Shown here: positions 47,201 through 59,436 of the stretch, one piece after another | Layout: the number at the start of each line of letters is the position of its first letter | Numbering within the stretch: position 1 is the stretch's first letter | NCBI RefSeq assembly: GCF_018350175.1 | Contig: NC_058368.1 | Location: 196,356,001-196,420,000 of the forward strand | Length of the DNA stretch: 64,000 nt | Direction: 5' to 3' | DNA from: Felis catus | Taxonomy: Eukaryota | Notes under the pieces: model-generated | What the model was told of the DNA's origin: nothing | The model's input: only the letters and a program-made list of their open reading frames with translations | Databases searched by the model: none | Translations under genes and position numbers: made by a program

Positions 47201-50200
47201 TATGGATAAATGGTAAGAGGGACAGCAGAGCCTGTGGGTCAGACTCTGCCCGTTTCTTGCTATGTGCCCTCCTGCAGGTTTCGGCCTTCTCTGGGACCCA
47301 GTGTGTCCAGTGAGGGGGACATATGTGTCCTCTGAGGGCCCTGTTGTTCTGACGATCCTCGAACCATCCGTGTGTACCAGGGCACACTCTTGATTTCTGG
47401 GGCACTGAGACTGAGGTCAGCTGGAGCCTGGGAGAGGCTGAGCGAGGTAGGCAGGGTCCTATCTCCAGGGACCCTGTCAGGCTTTGGTGGCTATAGTCTG
47501 GCCCAGCGAGGGCAGCACACAGCGTATTGAGTCCTTTAAGTGCATCACAGATTGCGACAGTCTTTCAAATCATTCCCGAGGAATCTAGGGTGGGAGTGTG
47601 GCCCAAAGTGCCCCCCCCTTGGTTCTTCTGCCCAACCAGCCAGCCACTATGTCGAGTGTCCAGGAGGGGAAGAGGCCTTTCCCAATGTACCCCGATTCTG
47701 GCTCCCCAGCTGCAGGTACCAGGATCTACCTGCTCCGCGCATGCAGAGTGGAAGGACACCGAGCTGGGGGTCAGGAGTCCCGCGTTCCAGGACCTTTCTC
47801 TCTCGGCTAACCTCAGGCAAGTCTTCTCCACTCTCTGGACCTCGGTGTCCATGCCTGTACTACGGATGCACTCTTAGGACACTTCAGGCCCTGACATCCA
47901 AGATGACTGTGCCGATGCCTGTGCTGTGTGTGCTGCTTCCTCACCCCAGGCCTGGGGAGCCTGGGATGGGGGGCAGCGCTGGGAGCGTGGGAGAGCCAGA
48001 TGCGGTGGCTGCTGGCCCTGCCTGAGTGAGTGCTGAGCTGGCCTACTGGGAATTCTCCCACTCAGGCGCCCTTTCCGGGCCCCCCCGCCCCCTGCCCCAC
48101 TGAGAGCTGTGGCTTCCGGCTCTGACAAGCGTGGGTGGGGGTCTGGGGAGGGGGGTTCAGTTCAGCCTGGTTCCCTCCTTCAGGGAAGAGCTCGGGCCTG
48201 AGTCTAGACAAAAAGCATCCCTTCCCGGCCTGGTCTTGTGCATTACAAAGCCTTGCTCAGTCAACTTTCCAGCCCTGGCCTCAGTCATCTGGGCTGTAAA
48301 ATGAGCATTTGGATGCGCTGCCCTGCGGCCCTGGTGATGGACTTCTGCGACGGCGGCTCCCGGAGGAGACGCCGGAGAATCGTTACCTTTAGTGGGGCTT
48401 TCTCGCTCTGCTCTAGTCCTTGCGTAAGACACCTGGGGCGGCACTCACGCAGGCCTCTCAACGACTCGGCGAGGTAGGCACATGTATCCCCATTTTACAG
48501 CCGAAAACCCCGAGGCTCAGAGAGCTTGGGTAATTTAATTTGCCCAGGGTCACACAGCTAGCAAGTGGTAGAGCTGGGTGGGACCTTCCGGTGTCAGAGC
48601 TCAGGCTCTTAATCCTTGAGCGTGACCCCGTGCAGTGGAGGGGGGAGAAGTGCTGAGCCCCAGACCCAGAGCTCCCTTCTCCCTCTGTATCCCGCTCACT
48701 TCACCTGAGGCAGGATTCCCCTCACTCCATGCTCTGCCTGCCCACTGTCGGCCCAGCCTTTCCACATCAGCGTTGTCCCAGGCTAGACGGGGCTCCCAGC
48801 ATCTGGGCAGCTGGGAGACTATTCATGGCCGGTCCTGTCCCTGGTGGGGCCGGGGGGCTGTGCTGACCACCCCAGCTTGACAGTGCTACACCGCTCAAAG
48901 GTACTGCCCACTGCCCACCCCTTCAGAGCACACAGGGGAAACTGAGGCCCAGAGAAGGACCGGCTGCGCTCAGCAGCACACAGTGATGGGCTGCAGCTGG
49001 AACGAGGGAAACTCAGTATTTCCTTAACACTTCCAGACGCTGTACTGAGTCCTTTAAGTGCATTACAAATTGCAACAGTCTTTCAAATCATTCCTCAAAT
49101 GAGCTCTATTTGCCAGAGGAAGAAACTGAGGCTCAGGAGTTTAAACAACTGGCTCAAGATTGTGCAGCTGGGAATTGCAGAAGCTGAGGTTTGAACCCAG
49201 TTCTGTCTCTGGCTCTAGAACCTGCCCTGTCAATCATGACTCTTCTGCCTCAATGGTCCAGCCCTTGGGGAGTGCCCTGTGGTGTTCCGTGCGGCTCTGG
49301 TCCCCCAGCCCCATCTCAGCTGAGAGGAGGCACAGCAGCCCTGGTGCCTGCCAAGGGTTAATGGTGGTAGGGGCTAAATGATTCCAGATGGGCCAGCCGG
49401 ACGGCTGGGCTGGCCGGAAACCGGCCGCCGCCAGCTTCCCGGGGGAGCCACCACCAGCCACCCCCTCCCCTCTGTGCTGCATCTCTGGCCCCCAGCTGTC
49501 CCCTTGCCCTGGGGCCCACCAGCCTCCTCTCCCTAGCCAGAGTCCAACCTAAGACACTTGTAAACAGAGCATCCCAACCGCCTTCCAGCACAAGGAGTTC
49601 AACCCCGTTATGTACAAATGGGGGAAACTGAGGCTCAGAGAGGCAAAGGTGTCTCTCCAAGGCCACAAATCAAGTCCATATCTGGGTGTCCTCATTCCCG
49701 GACTTGTTGGGGGGGGCGGAATTAGGGGTTGAAATGCCTCTTTGCTCCCCGAACCCCCCCCCCCCCCAAAAACTGTCTGGTCCCAGCAGAGAAGCCAAGG
49801 CTTTGGAGGTGAGTGGTCAAGTCAAATGCTCGGAGTTGTAAGGACTCGTAGGGTCTTCAGGCATAAGAAATCCCAGTGTAGGCCTGACCCTGTGGTCCTT
49901 GGAGTCCCCCTCTCATCCCCTAGGGCCCCACTGCTATCAAGCTAGGCCAGGCCCCTCTCTTGGGAGTGTCTCACGGCCTGCACGCTATGGCTCAGGACCC
50001 ATCTGAGAACTCTTCTCCCTCCGTGCGGCCCAGCCCAGATGCTCAGATGTTGGGCAATCTCCACTTAGATAAGACCAAGAAATGACCTCAAGATATGCTA
50101 TTGTGGTTGGCATGAAATCCCAGCTTGGGCAAACACTCCTGCCCCATGAACAGAGGACCCCAGAAGAAGGGGGTGGACAGAGGTGCGGAGAGTAGGAAGG

Positions 50201-50341
50201 AAGGAGCCCTGGGCAGAGTCAGGCTCTACCTGTGTGACCCGACCCGGGACACCTTTCTTTTCCCCTTCTGGGACTTAGTTTCCCCAGTGCATACAGTGTT
50301 GGGGCAGAGGATGACTCAACTAAACTCCCTAAACTCTTTAA

Positions 50342-50557
50342 TTTTTATTTTTTTAACTTTTAAACAATTTTTATGTATTTATTTTGAGAGAGAGAGAGCA
50401 AGTGAGCAGGGGAGGAGGGGCAGAGAGAGGAGGAGAGAGAATCCCAAGCAGGCTCCGTGATGACACATGTGGGGCCGGAGTCCACGAACCGCGAGATCAT
50501 GACCTGGGCTGAAATCAAGAGTTGGACGCTCGACTGACTGAGCCACCCAGGCGCCCC
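50342..50557 (-). mobile_element. Can-SINE
   Basis: SINE body with degenerate TSD ctaaa...ctttaa. Confidence 0.88.
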
Positions 50558-51341
50558 ACTAAAGCCCTTTAAAATGATGTCCTCGGGCATCTAAGAGCCA
50601 GGAGTCTGTGACTAGAGACGTCTAGTGGTCTGAGGAAATGAGGGTGGACTAGGTAGGGGGAGCCAGAGATCCAGCCAGGTTTTGGAGGGTCCTTGGCAGA
50701 CCCTAGTAGGGAAGGGAGGGCAAGAAGCTGGAAATGGAACATGAGCAGGTACTCGAAAATACCTGTTGAGTGACTGCATGAGAGGCAGGGAAAGGGATAA
50801 CAGAGGAAGGAGGCAGGATGGGAGGCCCAGTCTGCACTGCGGTGTGGGTCTTCCATTGGGGTCAGATTGGCCGTGTCTGTTTCACCATGTAACTCAGGAG
50901 GCCTGATTCCGCCCCGGTTCTGCCATTGCTGTGTGAGCTCAGGAAGCTCATTTCACTTCTCCGGACTTCCATTTCATCGTCTATAAGGTGGAGAAATAAT
51001 CCTTTCCTGGTACTCCAGGGGCTGCAAGATGACAAGAAGTGATTCGTTTGGAACTCTGAGCTATACCGGGTGATGCTGGGCAGGTCTCTTTTCCTCTGCA
51101 CCAATTCACACTTGGGTCTTGGGTTTCTCCTTCTGAAAAGTGACTGATCGTAAAAAAGCCTCAGTTAGCTACCCCTCTAAATGCGCTCTCAGCGCCCTTG
51201 CCCTCCTCTGGGGTACCTGCCTGTACATCCCTGTCTCTCCCACTAGCCTGGGCCACCCCGAAGTCAGAGACTGTGTCTTACTCACTACCGCATTCCCAGC
51301 ACCCAGCACGGTATCTGGCATATAGTTGGTGCTCAACTTGC

Positions 51342-51555
51342 TTTTTTTTTTTTAAAAAATATTTATTTATTTTGGGGAGAGCACAAGTAGGGGAGTGGCA
51401 CAGAGAGGGGGACAGAGGATCCGAAGTGTGCTCTGTGCGCTGACAGGCTGACATCAGCGAGCCCGATATGGGGCTCGAACTCCCCAACCGGGAGATCATG
51501 ACCTGAGCCGAAGTCGAAGTAGGATACTCAACCCACTGAGCCACCCAGGTGCCCC
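51342..51555 (-). mobile_element. Can-SINE inserted in an L2 3' end, ~0.4 kb upstream of PDGFRB
   Basis: SINE body with degenerate TSD tcaac..gc.ttt. Confidence 0.88.
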
Positions 51556-51689
51556 GTCAACACGCCTTTTCAATAAATGGATGTTGACCGAATCAATCAT
51601 GTAACTTATCGGAGTTGCCTTTATAGATGGGGAAACTGAGGCACGGAGGGAGGACTCGGTCCCAGGTACCACGGCAAGGCATCAGGCAA

Positions 51690-51995
51690 GTGGGGCCAGG
51701 CCACTTTTTAATAAAAGTGACTCAGCGGTTGGCGTGGGCTGCGGAATTTCTAAACATCCCCTCACATCCTGAGAGAGCAGGCGACGGAGGGAGCAAGCAG
51801 AGGGAAACGAGGAAGAAAAACAAGAAACTTGGGGGAAAAGAAAGAGAGGGGGGAAGAAACTGAAATTGAAAACAGACACACGCGTCCACCTTCCCCGCCC
51901 CCTCGCCCCCCTTCTCCGAGCTGAGCCAATCAGAGGCGGCCCTTCAGCCTTTCCCCCAAAGTGGGGGAGGGGCAGGGAAGCCCACAGTAGTGTGA
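51690..51995 (+). promoter_or_regulatory. PDGFRB: PDGFRB proximal promoter (TATA-less: CCAAT/NF-Y, GC boxes, AP-1)
   Basis: AGCCAATCAG with CCAAT at 51926-51930, CCCCGCCC at 51893-51900, TGACTCA at 51718-51724. Confidence 0.8.
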
Positions 51996-52423
51996 GCTCC
52001 TGGGGCTGCCAGCGCCCGCAGTCCCTGCCCATCCCGTCTGGGACGCAGGATCCCTCTGTGAACAAGTTGGAGGCAGAGAGAAGGAGGACGGCAAGGAGAG
52101 AGCTGGGCACCCTCTGACCAGCGGCTGTGCCCCGCAACACCGACGGCCAGACCCAGGGCGGCCCCTCCTGGCAACCCTGCTCCTCCCGCAGGATGCTTTG
52201 GGATTGAGGCCACTCCTCATCCCTGCAGCCCCCTACTCCCCTCCGTTCTCCTGAGGCTCCCAGAGACTGCAGCTGTCCTCCCTGCTCTCCTACCCAGCGC
52301 TTGCCCCATTTGGGGTCCAGCAAAGTCTCTCTGTTAATGAGAGGCCAGTGAGGAGGACTTCCTGGAGGGGGTGACAGCCCAGAGCTCAGGACTGTGCCCA
52401 CACCCGCAGGCATCAGCAGCAAG
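51995..52423 (+). other. PDGFRB: PDGFRB exon 1 (non-coding 5'UTR). Intron 1 runs past the window end.
   Basis: Resembles the recalled human PDGFRB 5'UTR (...ggaggacttcctggagggggtgac...actgtgcccacacc...catcagcagcaag), with a perfect donor AAG|GTAAGT at 52423/52424 and the expected synteny with CDX1. The start is approximate and no PDGFRB coding exon is seen in the window. Confidence 0.85.
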
Positions 52424-55400
52424 GTAAGTGCTGGGAGAAGGGGAGATTCCCAACCCCTTGTCCTGTCCCCTTGCTCCAGCCTGTGCCTTCTTGGGTAGGT
52501 CAAAAAATGGAAAATATTTTTAACAAAACCAGATGGGAGGAGGCCGGGAGGCTGTGGGCCACGTCAGGGCTGGAGAAGCTAGTTCTCTCCTCTCCTGCTC
52601 GGGCTGCTTCTGGGGTGGGTGGTCTCAGTCTCCATAGCCCTGCTGCCCCCTGCCTTCATCAAATGAACCCCAGAGGTTTCTGGGTGCCAACGGAGGGCCT
52701 CCAAAACGTAGCACTGCCTGACGGGGCTGGGGAGAGCTGGAAGGAGCTTGAGAGGGCCATTGGGAGGTGGCAAGCAGGGTACACGGATAGGGGACCTCAG
52801 AGCCATGGCCCCTGTCTCTGGGCCCAAGCCTTGTCCTTAAGAATCCATCTGGCTCCAGGCCAGCCGGCCGCCAGGCAACCTCTTCGGATTTAAATGGATT
52901 TGCAAATTTTCCAGATTCCTAAGATGTCCTTCCAAACCCCCAGTGGCTGGGAAAGTGCGAAGGCAAGGGGGCTGCGGCAAGGCTAGCGGTCACGGTCGCG
53001 TCGCGCAGCTGGGGCTGTGGGCCTGGGGGTCTGGGGCCGGCCGTCAGATGTGGGGGCCCCTCTGTGAAGAAGGGGGTCAGTCGCTGGGCCCTTCCCTCTG
53101 GACTCAGGCAGCTGCTCAGGCCGCCTTGCTGTCTCCCTCCTTCCGGACGCTGCTTTCACTCCATCCTAAAACATGAATCTGATCACGATTCCTTCTTTGA
53201 TTCTCCCCTATAGAAAGCCCCAACTCCTAATAGTAGCTGCCATTGATTGACATTTACTGCATGCCAGGACCGCGTGGAGAGCTTTATGAGCATGATCTCA
53301 CGGAACTCACCAGCAGCTCCAGAGGCAGGGACGGATTTTATGTTGGTTGTACGTGTGAGGTTCACAGCAGCTACAAAACTGTATCACGCTGCTACTAAGT
53401 GGCAGAGCTCCGGGAGATAACAGGCTCCCTGCCTCGTTTCTCCAAACCTGGGCCTTGTGTCAGTCAGATCCCAGGGTTCTCAGGAGGAGTAAGCACAATC
53501 CTGCCTATGAGAATGCCCTTCCTCATCCCCTCCATTTTCTTTCAAGGACCTTGCCTACTTCACCTCCTCCAGGCAGTCTTCCGAGGTTCTTCCAGTCTTC
53601 CAAGTGTTTGTCATGCCCTTTTGCCTTGTTGCTTGGCCTTCTCTTCCTGTTTGTGCTCTGTGTTCTGCCCCCAGCATCTGCCGGCGGTCAGTGGAACCGA
53701 GAAAACGTGCCGGGGAAGGGAGGAGGGGCTCCGCCGAATACCTCCTGTTCCCAAATGTGAGACCAGAACCGGGCCCCGGCCTTCCCTCCGGTGACCTTCC
53801 AGAGCATCATGTAGTTCCTCCAGACTGCATTTTTCTATGTCAGACAAGGAGGAGTGTCCCTGCCCGCCTCTGCAATCCCAGAGGGCACAGAGGCCTCTAG
53901 TGAGATATCTGAAGTCACACAGTCCTCCCCTGCCTCCATGCAAGACACCCTCAACCCGCAGTGCTCCAGGATGAGGATTGTGTTGGTCACTGTCAAGGAG
54001 GGCTTGCCCTGTGCCAGGCCCAGAGCCTGGGACCTCACCTACCAGGTCTTGGGAATTGGTATTGTTGTTACCCCTATTTTGCAGACAAGGAAACCAAGGC
54101 CCAGAGAGGCTATGTGACTTTCCCAGTGTCACACAGTTAGTAGAGTTGGTACTTTGGCCCGTGTCTGCTTGAAAGCAAAGACGTAACCCTTTGCTACCCG
54201 GGGAGCCCCAGGTCAGAAGGAAGACAGGCTCCGTCCTCCCACATAGGCTGCTCCTGGCTCCGGCACCTTCTGCGGCGGTTAAGTTCAGCTTCAGGCCCCA
54301 CCTGCACCCAGGTCCGCCAGGAGCCTGGCCTGGCCCTAAGTGAGGAAGGAGACCATCTGGTCAGCACCTTCCCTTCAGGGGTGATCAGGCAGCCCTCCCT
54401 CCTCTGTGGGAAGAAAAGCTGAGACTTGTAATTGCCCACAGATGTGGGACAGCGGAAAGCACCGTAGATTCAGAGTCAGGAGACCTGGCGTTTGTCCTGG
54501 CTCAACTCAAGTCCACTGTGTGGCCAACTTCGGGTCCCCGTGTCCTTTTTCCGGGCTGCATCCACATCTCGAAGGCAGTGGGCACCATGCGTAAACGACG
54601 TCAGGTTTGGGCACCAGATGACTGTGCCATCAATCCCTAGTTGGCTCCTGGCTGGCCGGGTGACCCTGTGTCTGATTGGGCATCAGTCCCCTCCTCTGTG
54701 AGCAGCAGGGAGGTATGTAGGCCGTGTGAGTATAACATAGGTAAGGCGCTTGCACTTTACAGGGCTGGACCTAATGCCATTGGCTAAGAGAGGGTCGCTG
54801 CTCTCTCCGCCTCCTGCACAGGACTTGGCGGTGAAAGCCGTCTGCGATCCACAAAGGGCAATGCCCACAGAAGGGGCTTGGATACCGTGGGGATTCTAAA
54901 GGCCCAGTTCCATCTTCCAGGCACAGGCTGGTTCTGAGACCAGCTGCCTTCAGGACTGAAGGAGGGGACTTGTGCTTTGCTCGGGATGGGCTACTGAGTG
55001 TGGTGGGGAGGGCGGAAGGAATGAGAGGGTCCCCTAGACTTCCCTGAAATGCCCTTCATGCCCACCCTACTTCCTCACGCATGTTTCAGAACGCTGTACG
55101 CAGTGGGTCCTTGGAATGGGGGGAGATCTTCCTCCACTGCTTTCCGTAGGCCTTCCTGCCCTTCCCCCCCCCCTCCGCCCCAGGGCAGAGTTCATAGCAC
55201 CTCAGCTGGGAAGTAGAGTGGGCAGGGTGATATAACAGGGACAGCGATTCCTGAGTGGTTCTGTTGTGCCTCCCATCCATTACTGTGAAGTTCACTGCTG
55301 GGTTCCTTGGGGCTTCGAACAGGCCCAGCATTCAGAAAGCGCTTAATAAATATTTGTCAAACTAATATAATCATCACAGCAACCTCCAGGCGTAGATAGA

Positions 55401-57502
55401 AACCCTCTCTGTTTTATACGAGGAACTGCCCAGAGAGGTTAAGTCAGTTGCCCAACGTCCCACAGCTAGGAAGCCACAGAACTGGGATTTGCATCCGGGT
55501 GTTTGTGACTCCAGAGCGCAGGATGAGAGGCTGGGTGGGGCACGGGCCACCCCTGGGGATGCAGCACAAACTCTGAGAATGTGCCGCAGCTGCGGAGGCC
55601 CCTCAGAGTTCCAGAGGTGGTCATCAGACCCTGGAACACATTCTGTGTGACTGCGGGTGAGTCAGTCCTTCTCTGGGCCTCAGTTTTCCCATCTGTGAGA
55701 CCAGGAGGCTGAACAAGATGATCTCTGAGCTCCTTCCAGGCCCCAAACAATTCCAGGATTCCAAGCCACGCCAGCCCGGATTGGCAGCCACACAAGCTCT
55801 GTTGTGTACTCAGGCATCATGCATATTTAACTTCACAATGAAAGGGGTTTTTCTTACCCTTTCTCCATCCGTTACAGAAAGAGGTCGGGATCGATGACCA
55901 CTAATGGAAAACTGTAACCTGCAATAAAGAGGGGGAACTTTCTATAGTTAGAGCAGCCTGTTAACGCACTTGGTTTCTCAGGGAGCTCTGAGGGTGTGTG
56001 CCTGCGGAGCCCGTTTTCCTGGGATACAGAGGAAGGAGGGTAGGGAGGTGTGCATGTTGGGGTGTGGATGTGTGGATGCTGTGACCCTTTAGGCCCCTTC
56101 CAGTGCTGATGTTTCGAATCTCATACGCTCTGATTTCAAGAGGAAGAAGGGCTTTGGCCCAGTGGTGGTTAGGAGCAATGATGGGGTCCCGAGGCGAGGG
56201 AATGGTGTGGGGACCCACGCCCCACCTCTGGGTGGGCGCGGGTGTGGAATCGACACAGTTGTTGCTTCAAGTGTGAGGGTCTTAAGGCAACTCTCACACT
56301 TAAGATGGAAATCTCCCAAGATTTCAGACTCAGAGCCCACAGGCAGAAGGGCTTCCTGAAGCCCCAGGCCCTTGCCCCAGGAACCCCCCTTCCCAGATGC
56401 TTTCTGGGGCACCCTGCCCCCAGCCTAGTGCAGGAGGCTGAAAATCAAAGTGTATTGCTTTAGCTGCATTAATGCCATCTGCCATCTCTTCTCCTTGCTT
56501 CAGATCAGAGCTATTTGATGTCTCAGGTGCCCAAAAACCTTTCATCTGCAGGAGGTACCAGCTTCTCCGCCCTATGATGGAGTCGGTTGTACTTTAGGAA
56601 GTGGGGGCAGCAGGGCCAGGGAGTCTGTTCTTGAAGGTCAGAGACGAAAAGGACTCTGGGGGTTGCCTGGTCCAACTTGCTTATTCTATGGGTGGGAAAC
56701 TGAGGTCCAGAGAAGGGGAGGGATGTAGCTCAAGTCGTACAGGTCATCCGTGATAGCACTGAACCCGGGACCACTGAGCTGGGCATGTGCTGTGGCTTCT
56801 CCATCCACGTCTGTCATCCAAGGCTCACTCAGCCCCAGTCCTCCCCGGTGTGAGGTCATAGGGCAGAGTTTGGGCTAAAGAGGAAGTGCCATTTCCATGA
56901 GGGGTGGGACCCCCCTCCCCCTCCCCCTCCCCCTCCCCCTTCCCCTCCCCCGGGGTAGTTTTGTGGACCATGGAGCTTTGATCACATCACTTCTCCATTC
57001 TGGCCATAAATTCCTTTTATATACACGAAGGGGAGGCCGAGGGAGCAGCTCAGTGACCTCAGAAGCTCCATCCCGCTTTGCCCTTAGCCCCCCTGCCAGG
57101 CTTCTGTGGCTGTTTCAAATCCTTGTTGCTGCCCTGGTAGCCTTCCTTCTTGAGAAGTAGAACTGAAAGACTGTGGCCTGCTAGCTTCTCCACTCCTGAG
57201 ACTGAGCCGAAGTTGGGTGGGTGGGGGGATTCCAGGGTCAACGCGCAGGGCAAGGCTCCGCTTTACAAACCTGTCACAGCCCTAGCTCAGGGCACCGGGC
57301 TTGAAGGGAAAGGCTCACATCTGACCCAGCAGACCGTGGGCTTCTCCCCTCTTACCTGTATTTGTGCCCTTACCGGTTCCCAGGCTGGGGCCTGTCTGCT
57401 GAATGGGTAGTGAAACAGTGATAGCTAAATGCACGGAGAGATGAATAAAACAGACGGGCAGCTGGCTGGCTGGACAGTTGGCCTCCCCTTTAGTCCAGGG
57501 AG

Positions 57503-57626
57503 CAGGGATGACCTCATGTGCATTCGACATGGGCAGTCACAGAGGCCTCCATGCTTCGCGGGGGCCCCACACTTGAAATTGTTAATATTGTAACAAGGGG
57601 CCCCACAAATTATATGGCTGGTTCTG
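57503..57626 (+). mobile_element. Internally deleted MER45-like hAT element
   Basis: cttgaaattgttaata...aaggggccccacaaattatatggctggttctg. Confidence 0.55.
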
Positions 57627-58638
57627 CCAGGGGGGTTAGGCGGGGTTTGAGACGGCTTCATGTCCGAAACTGGCGTCTCTGCCTCCACTGTCCCCATTCT
57701 AATCCACGTCCTCCCACTGATGCTAACCTGCTCCTGTCATTCCCATCTGAGGAGCCCCTCCTCCCATAGTGCTTGGAGTTGGGCTGTATTGCTGTCCAGC
57801 CAGCAGCCAGCCGCCCCCTTCCCCACTACCAATGCCCTGAAAGGTTGGCTTCCTCGTGCCTGCAGGGCAAAGCCTAAATCCTCACCCGGAACCCCCAAAC
57901 TTTCCCAAAGTAACCTCTGCACTCCTTCCCTGCCTGTCACCTACCTCTTTGCTAAAGAGCCCTGATTTCTGACCTAGAAGTTTTCTTCCTGCTATTTTCC
58001 CAGGTGCCCCGAGATCTCCCATTTCCCACGCAGAGCCGCTGTGGAATGCCCTTCCCTGGCATCACCCACCAAAGAACCCCACTAAACCCTGGAGGCTGAG
58101 CTGGCGGCCACCTCCTTCCCACTGAAATAATCACATATTCATAATTGTTGCCATTTACTGAGCACCTATTATGTGACGGGTGCTTTTCGTCATCATCTTA
58201 CCCCTCCCAGCAATGGAAAAGGAAGTCTCTTCTGTCATTTTCCGGGAGGCTGGGACTCAAGAAAGTGAAAGTCAGAGAGGTCACACAGTTACAAGGTGGT
58301 AGAGCCGGCCAGGACTTGGACCTGGATTAAGTGGCTTCAGAATGGAGCTGCTACACCTGGTCCGGCTGGGCTCCATGGGATTTCCATGCCCTGGGTGGCA
58401 TCAGGGTCTCCTTTTGCCCTCTCGCCAGCTGGTCCCATTACCACCCAGGAAGGAAAGAGTCCCCATCGCTTGCCCGTCCCAGCTCCCCAGCTTAGCGAAC
58501 CCCGAGGTGTTAGGGGACAGCTGAGGCTTGAAGACCAGAAGGGCTGACCCTACGAGGCCATTTGATCCCTTACGCTGTGTAGGCATCTATTAAGCATCTA
58601 CCGTAAAGCCTAATTCTGAATTAGGAATTTGGAGGCTC

Positions 58639-58845
58639 AGGGCGCCTGGGTGGCTCAGTCGGTTAAGTGTCCTACTTCAGCTCAGGTCATGATCTCGCGG
58701 TTCGTGAGTTCGGGCCCCGTGTCAGTGCTGACAGCTCGGAGCCTGGAGCCTGCTTCAATTCTGTCCCTCTCTCTCTCTCTCTCTCTCTGCCCCTCCCCAA
58801 CTCTCTCTGTCTCTCAAAGATAAACATTGGGGAAAAAAACCAAAA
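58639..58845 (+). mobile_element. Felid Can-SINE
   Basis: TSD aggaat(t/c)t(g/a)gaggc at 58623-58636 and 58846-58859. Confidence 0.9.
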
Positions 58846-59405
58846 AGGAATCTAGAGGCCTCTGAAAAAATTATTAGGTGTGTTTCCTCATTTGTGGGGG
58901 AATCAAAGGAAGGGATTAAGACAAAGGTCCAGGAAGGAAGTGGTTGGCAGACAGGGGACCGGGAGTCATTGCACTTGGGTCGTGGTCCTGGGTGGGCCTT
59001 GAAATCCCTGACTATGCTAGGAGACACCCCGCCCCCACCCTGGCTGAGCCTGCTGGCAATGCCAATCACAACAGCAGCTGCCCCTTCCTAAGGAGCCCTT
59101 CTGGAAGGGGCTTTCCTACCTTCTCATTTGTCACGTGCAATCCTTGGCTGACGAGCCTGGCCAGGGGGCCTGGGCGAGTGAGCGAGCGAGTGAGTGAGTG
59201 AGTTACTCTCCTGTGAGTGAAGAAGAACGAGGCCACTGACTGGCTGTGTGCCAGGCCCTGTTCTAAGCATTTTACTTGTATGAACTCATTCAATGGCCTC
59301 TACAGCTCGGTGACGAACCCCGACTTCCAGATGGGAACGCCGAGGCCCAGAGAAGCGGACTAACAGTCTGGGGGAGAAGTGGGGTGCGGGACCAGAGGAA
59401 GGGGC

Positions 59406-59436
<31 letters not shown>

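Noticed and set aside
51682..52503. 273-aa ORF antisense to PDGFRB exon 1
   Set aside because: Non-ATG start, low-complexity composition typical of GC-rich promoter DNA, and no recognisable domain.
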